Source: an uncultured Actinomycetales bacterium
Lineage (GTDB): Bacteria; Actinomycetota; Actinomycetes; S36-B12
Length of the DNA stretch: 64,000 bases
Assembly (NCBI GenBank): GCA_913063435.1
Contig: CAJXYI010000003.1
Span: forward strand, 14,243-78,242
Direction: 5' to 3'
Position 1 is the stretch's first letter, and each line of letters starts with the position of its first letter. The notes under the pieces were generated by a model. The model made no database searches and was not told the DNA's origin. It worked only from the letters and a program-made list of their open reading frames with translations. Below are positions 62,692 to 64,000 of the stretch, piece by piece. The position numbers were made by a program, and so were the translations under genes.

Positions 62692-63879
62692 GTGGATCTG
62701 TACGAGTACCAGGCGAAGGAACTCTTCGGCCGCCATGACGTGCCGGTCACCTCGGGGGAGGTGTGCACGACCGTCGAGGCGGCGCAGTCCGCTGCCGAAT
62801 CAATCGGTGGTCCCGTCGTCGTCAAGGCGCAGGTCAAGACAGGTGGGCGGGGCAAGGCCGGCGGAGTCAAGCTCGCCGCCGACGCCGCAGAGGCCCGAGC
62901 GCGTGCCGAGGACATCCTCGGACTCGACATCAAGGGCCACATCGTCCGGCGCATCCTCATCACCCCGGCGACTGACATCGCCGAGGAGTACTACGTGTCG
63001 ATCCTGCTCGATCGGGCGAACCGCGCCTACCTGGCGATGGCCAGTGTCGAAGGCGGGGTCGATATCGAGGAGGTCGCAGCGACCCGGCCCGAGGCGCTCA
63101 TTCGAGAGCGGGTCGACGCACTGGAGGGGATGACCCCGGAGTTGGCGGCGCAGATCGCCGCGGATGCCCGGTTCCCCGACGCTATCCGCGGTGAGGTCGC
63201 TGGGGTCCTGGTCGGGTTGTGGCGGGTGCTCACCGGTGAGGATGCGACGCTGGTCGAAGTGAACCCGCTCGTTCTCGCCGACGACGGCGCTGTGCTGGCA
63301 CTGGACGGCAAGGTCACCCTGGACGCCAATGCTCAATACCGCCACCCCCACCATGAGGAACTCGTCGACCGCGACGCCACCGACCCGCTGGAATTGAAGG
63401 CGGCCGAACTCGACTTGAACTACGTCAAACTCGATGGCCAGGTCGGCATCATCGGTAACGGCGCAGGTTTGGTGATGAGCACCCTCGACGTCGTTGCCTA
63501 CGCCGGTGAAGAGTTCGGTGGGGTTCGTCCCGCCAACTTCCTCGACATCGGCGGTGGCGCATCGGCCCAGGTGATGAGTAACGGCCTCGACATCGTGCTG
63601 GGCGATCCGGATGTGCAGGCAGTGTTCGTCAACGTCTTCGGGGGAATCACGTCATGCGATGCGGTCGCCAGTGGCATCATCCAAGCCATCGGCATGCTCA
63701 CCGATCGCGGAGATGCACCGACGAAGCCCATCGTCTGTCGAATCGATGGAAATAACGCCGAAGAGGGACGTCGGATTCTCAACGAGTTCGACCACCCGCT
63801 CATCGAGATCGTCGACACCATGGACGACGCTGCCCGCCGAGTTGCGCAGCGAGCCGCCGCCCGCCTCGAAGGGAAGTGA
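62692..63879 (+). CDS. sucC: succinate--CoA ligase subunit beta
   Basis: GTG 62692 gives 395 aa, (M)[11 protein letters not shown]... The track ORF start 62638 is an upstream extension. Confidence 0.95.
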   Translation: MDLYEYQAKELFGRHDVPVTSGEVCTTVEAAQSAAESIGGPVVVKAQVKTGGRGKAGGVKLAADAAEARARAEDILGLDIKGHIVRRILITPATDIAEEYYVSILLDRANRAYLAMASVEGGVDIEEVAATRPEALIRERVDALEGMTPELAAQIAADARFPDAIRGEVAGVLVGLWRVLTGEDATLVEVNPLVLADDGAVLALDGKVTLDANAQYRHPHHEELVDRDATDPLELKAAELDLNYVKLDGQVGIIGNGAGLVMSTLDVVAYAGEEFGGVRPANFLDIGGGASAQVMSNGLDIVLGDPDVQAVFVNVFGGITSCDAVASGIIQAIGMLTDRGDAPTKPIVCRIDGNNAEEGRRILNEFDHPLIEIVDTMDDAARRVAQRAAARLEGK

Positions 63880-63889
63880 CGAACACATC

Positions 63890-64000
63890 ATGTCGATCTG
63901 GTTGAACTCCGACAGCCGCATTGTGGTGCAGGGCATGACCGGCTCCGAAGGAACCAAGCACACCCGTCGCATGGTGGCCAGCGGCGCGCAGGTCGTCGCC
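63890..64000 (+). CDS. sucD: succinate--CoA ligase subunit alpha, N-terminal fragment (3' end off-window)
   Basis: MSIWLNSDSRIVVQGMTGSEGTKHTRRM..., 10 nt after the sucC stop. Confidence 0.9.
   Translation, partial: MSIWLNSDSRIVVQGMTGSEGTKHTRRMVASGAQVVA

Overview
High-GC (about 65%) actinobacterial chromosome segment, almost entirely conserved core. It carries the S10/spc/alpha ribosomal-protein cluster (rplC 3' end through rplQ, with secY-adk-map-infA-rpmJ), followed by these blocks: truA, rplM-rpsI, glmM, glmS, acpS, nnr, alr; tsaE-tsaB-rimI-tsaD; groES-groEL behind a CIRCE operator; a whiB gene; guaB plus a guaB3-like paralog; glpD, an aldehyde dehydrogenase and a ChoD-like GMC oxidoreductase; guaA; and pcrA, an M23 peptidase and sucCD. 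The order matches Mycobacterium/Streptomyces synteny. I saw no rRNA, tRNA, CRISPR array, transposase or integrase.

The only clearly accessory stretch is about 43.4-48.5 kb. It holds a lower-GC secreted parallel-beta-helix protein, a polytopic histidine kinase and a divergent LuxR-type response regulator. Two of its promoter regions share an exact 14-mer. A form-II-like CoxS-L-M molybdoenzyme operon lies next to it.

The most unusual signals are non-coding:
- A polar repeat family: a 28-bp-arm perfect palindrome plus a G-rich tail, three copies, with compensatory arm changes.
- A related GGAATGGGGGATCC-type motif in at least five intergenic regions.
- Tandem duplications that begin inside the last codons of truA, guaA and rpmJ.
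- A 17-bp hairpin enclosing the truA start codon.

A MerR regulator with a CarH-type Wx9EH motif sits divergent from whiB and heads a tightly packed run of genes ending in guaB. Most long antisense ORFs in the six-frame track are high-GC artefacts.
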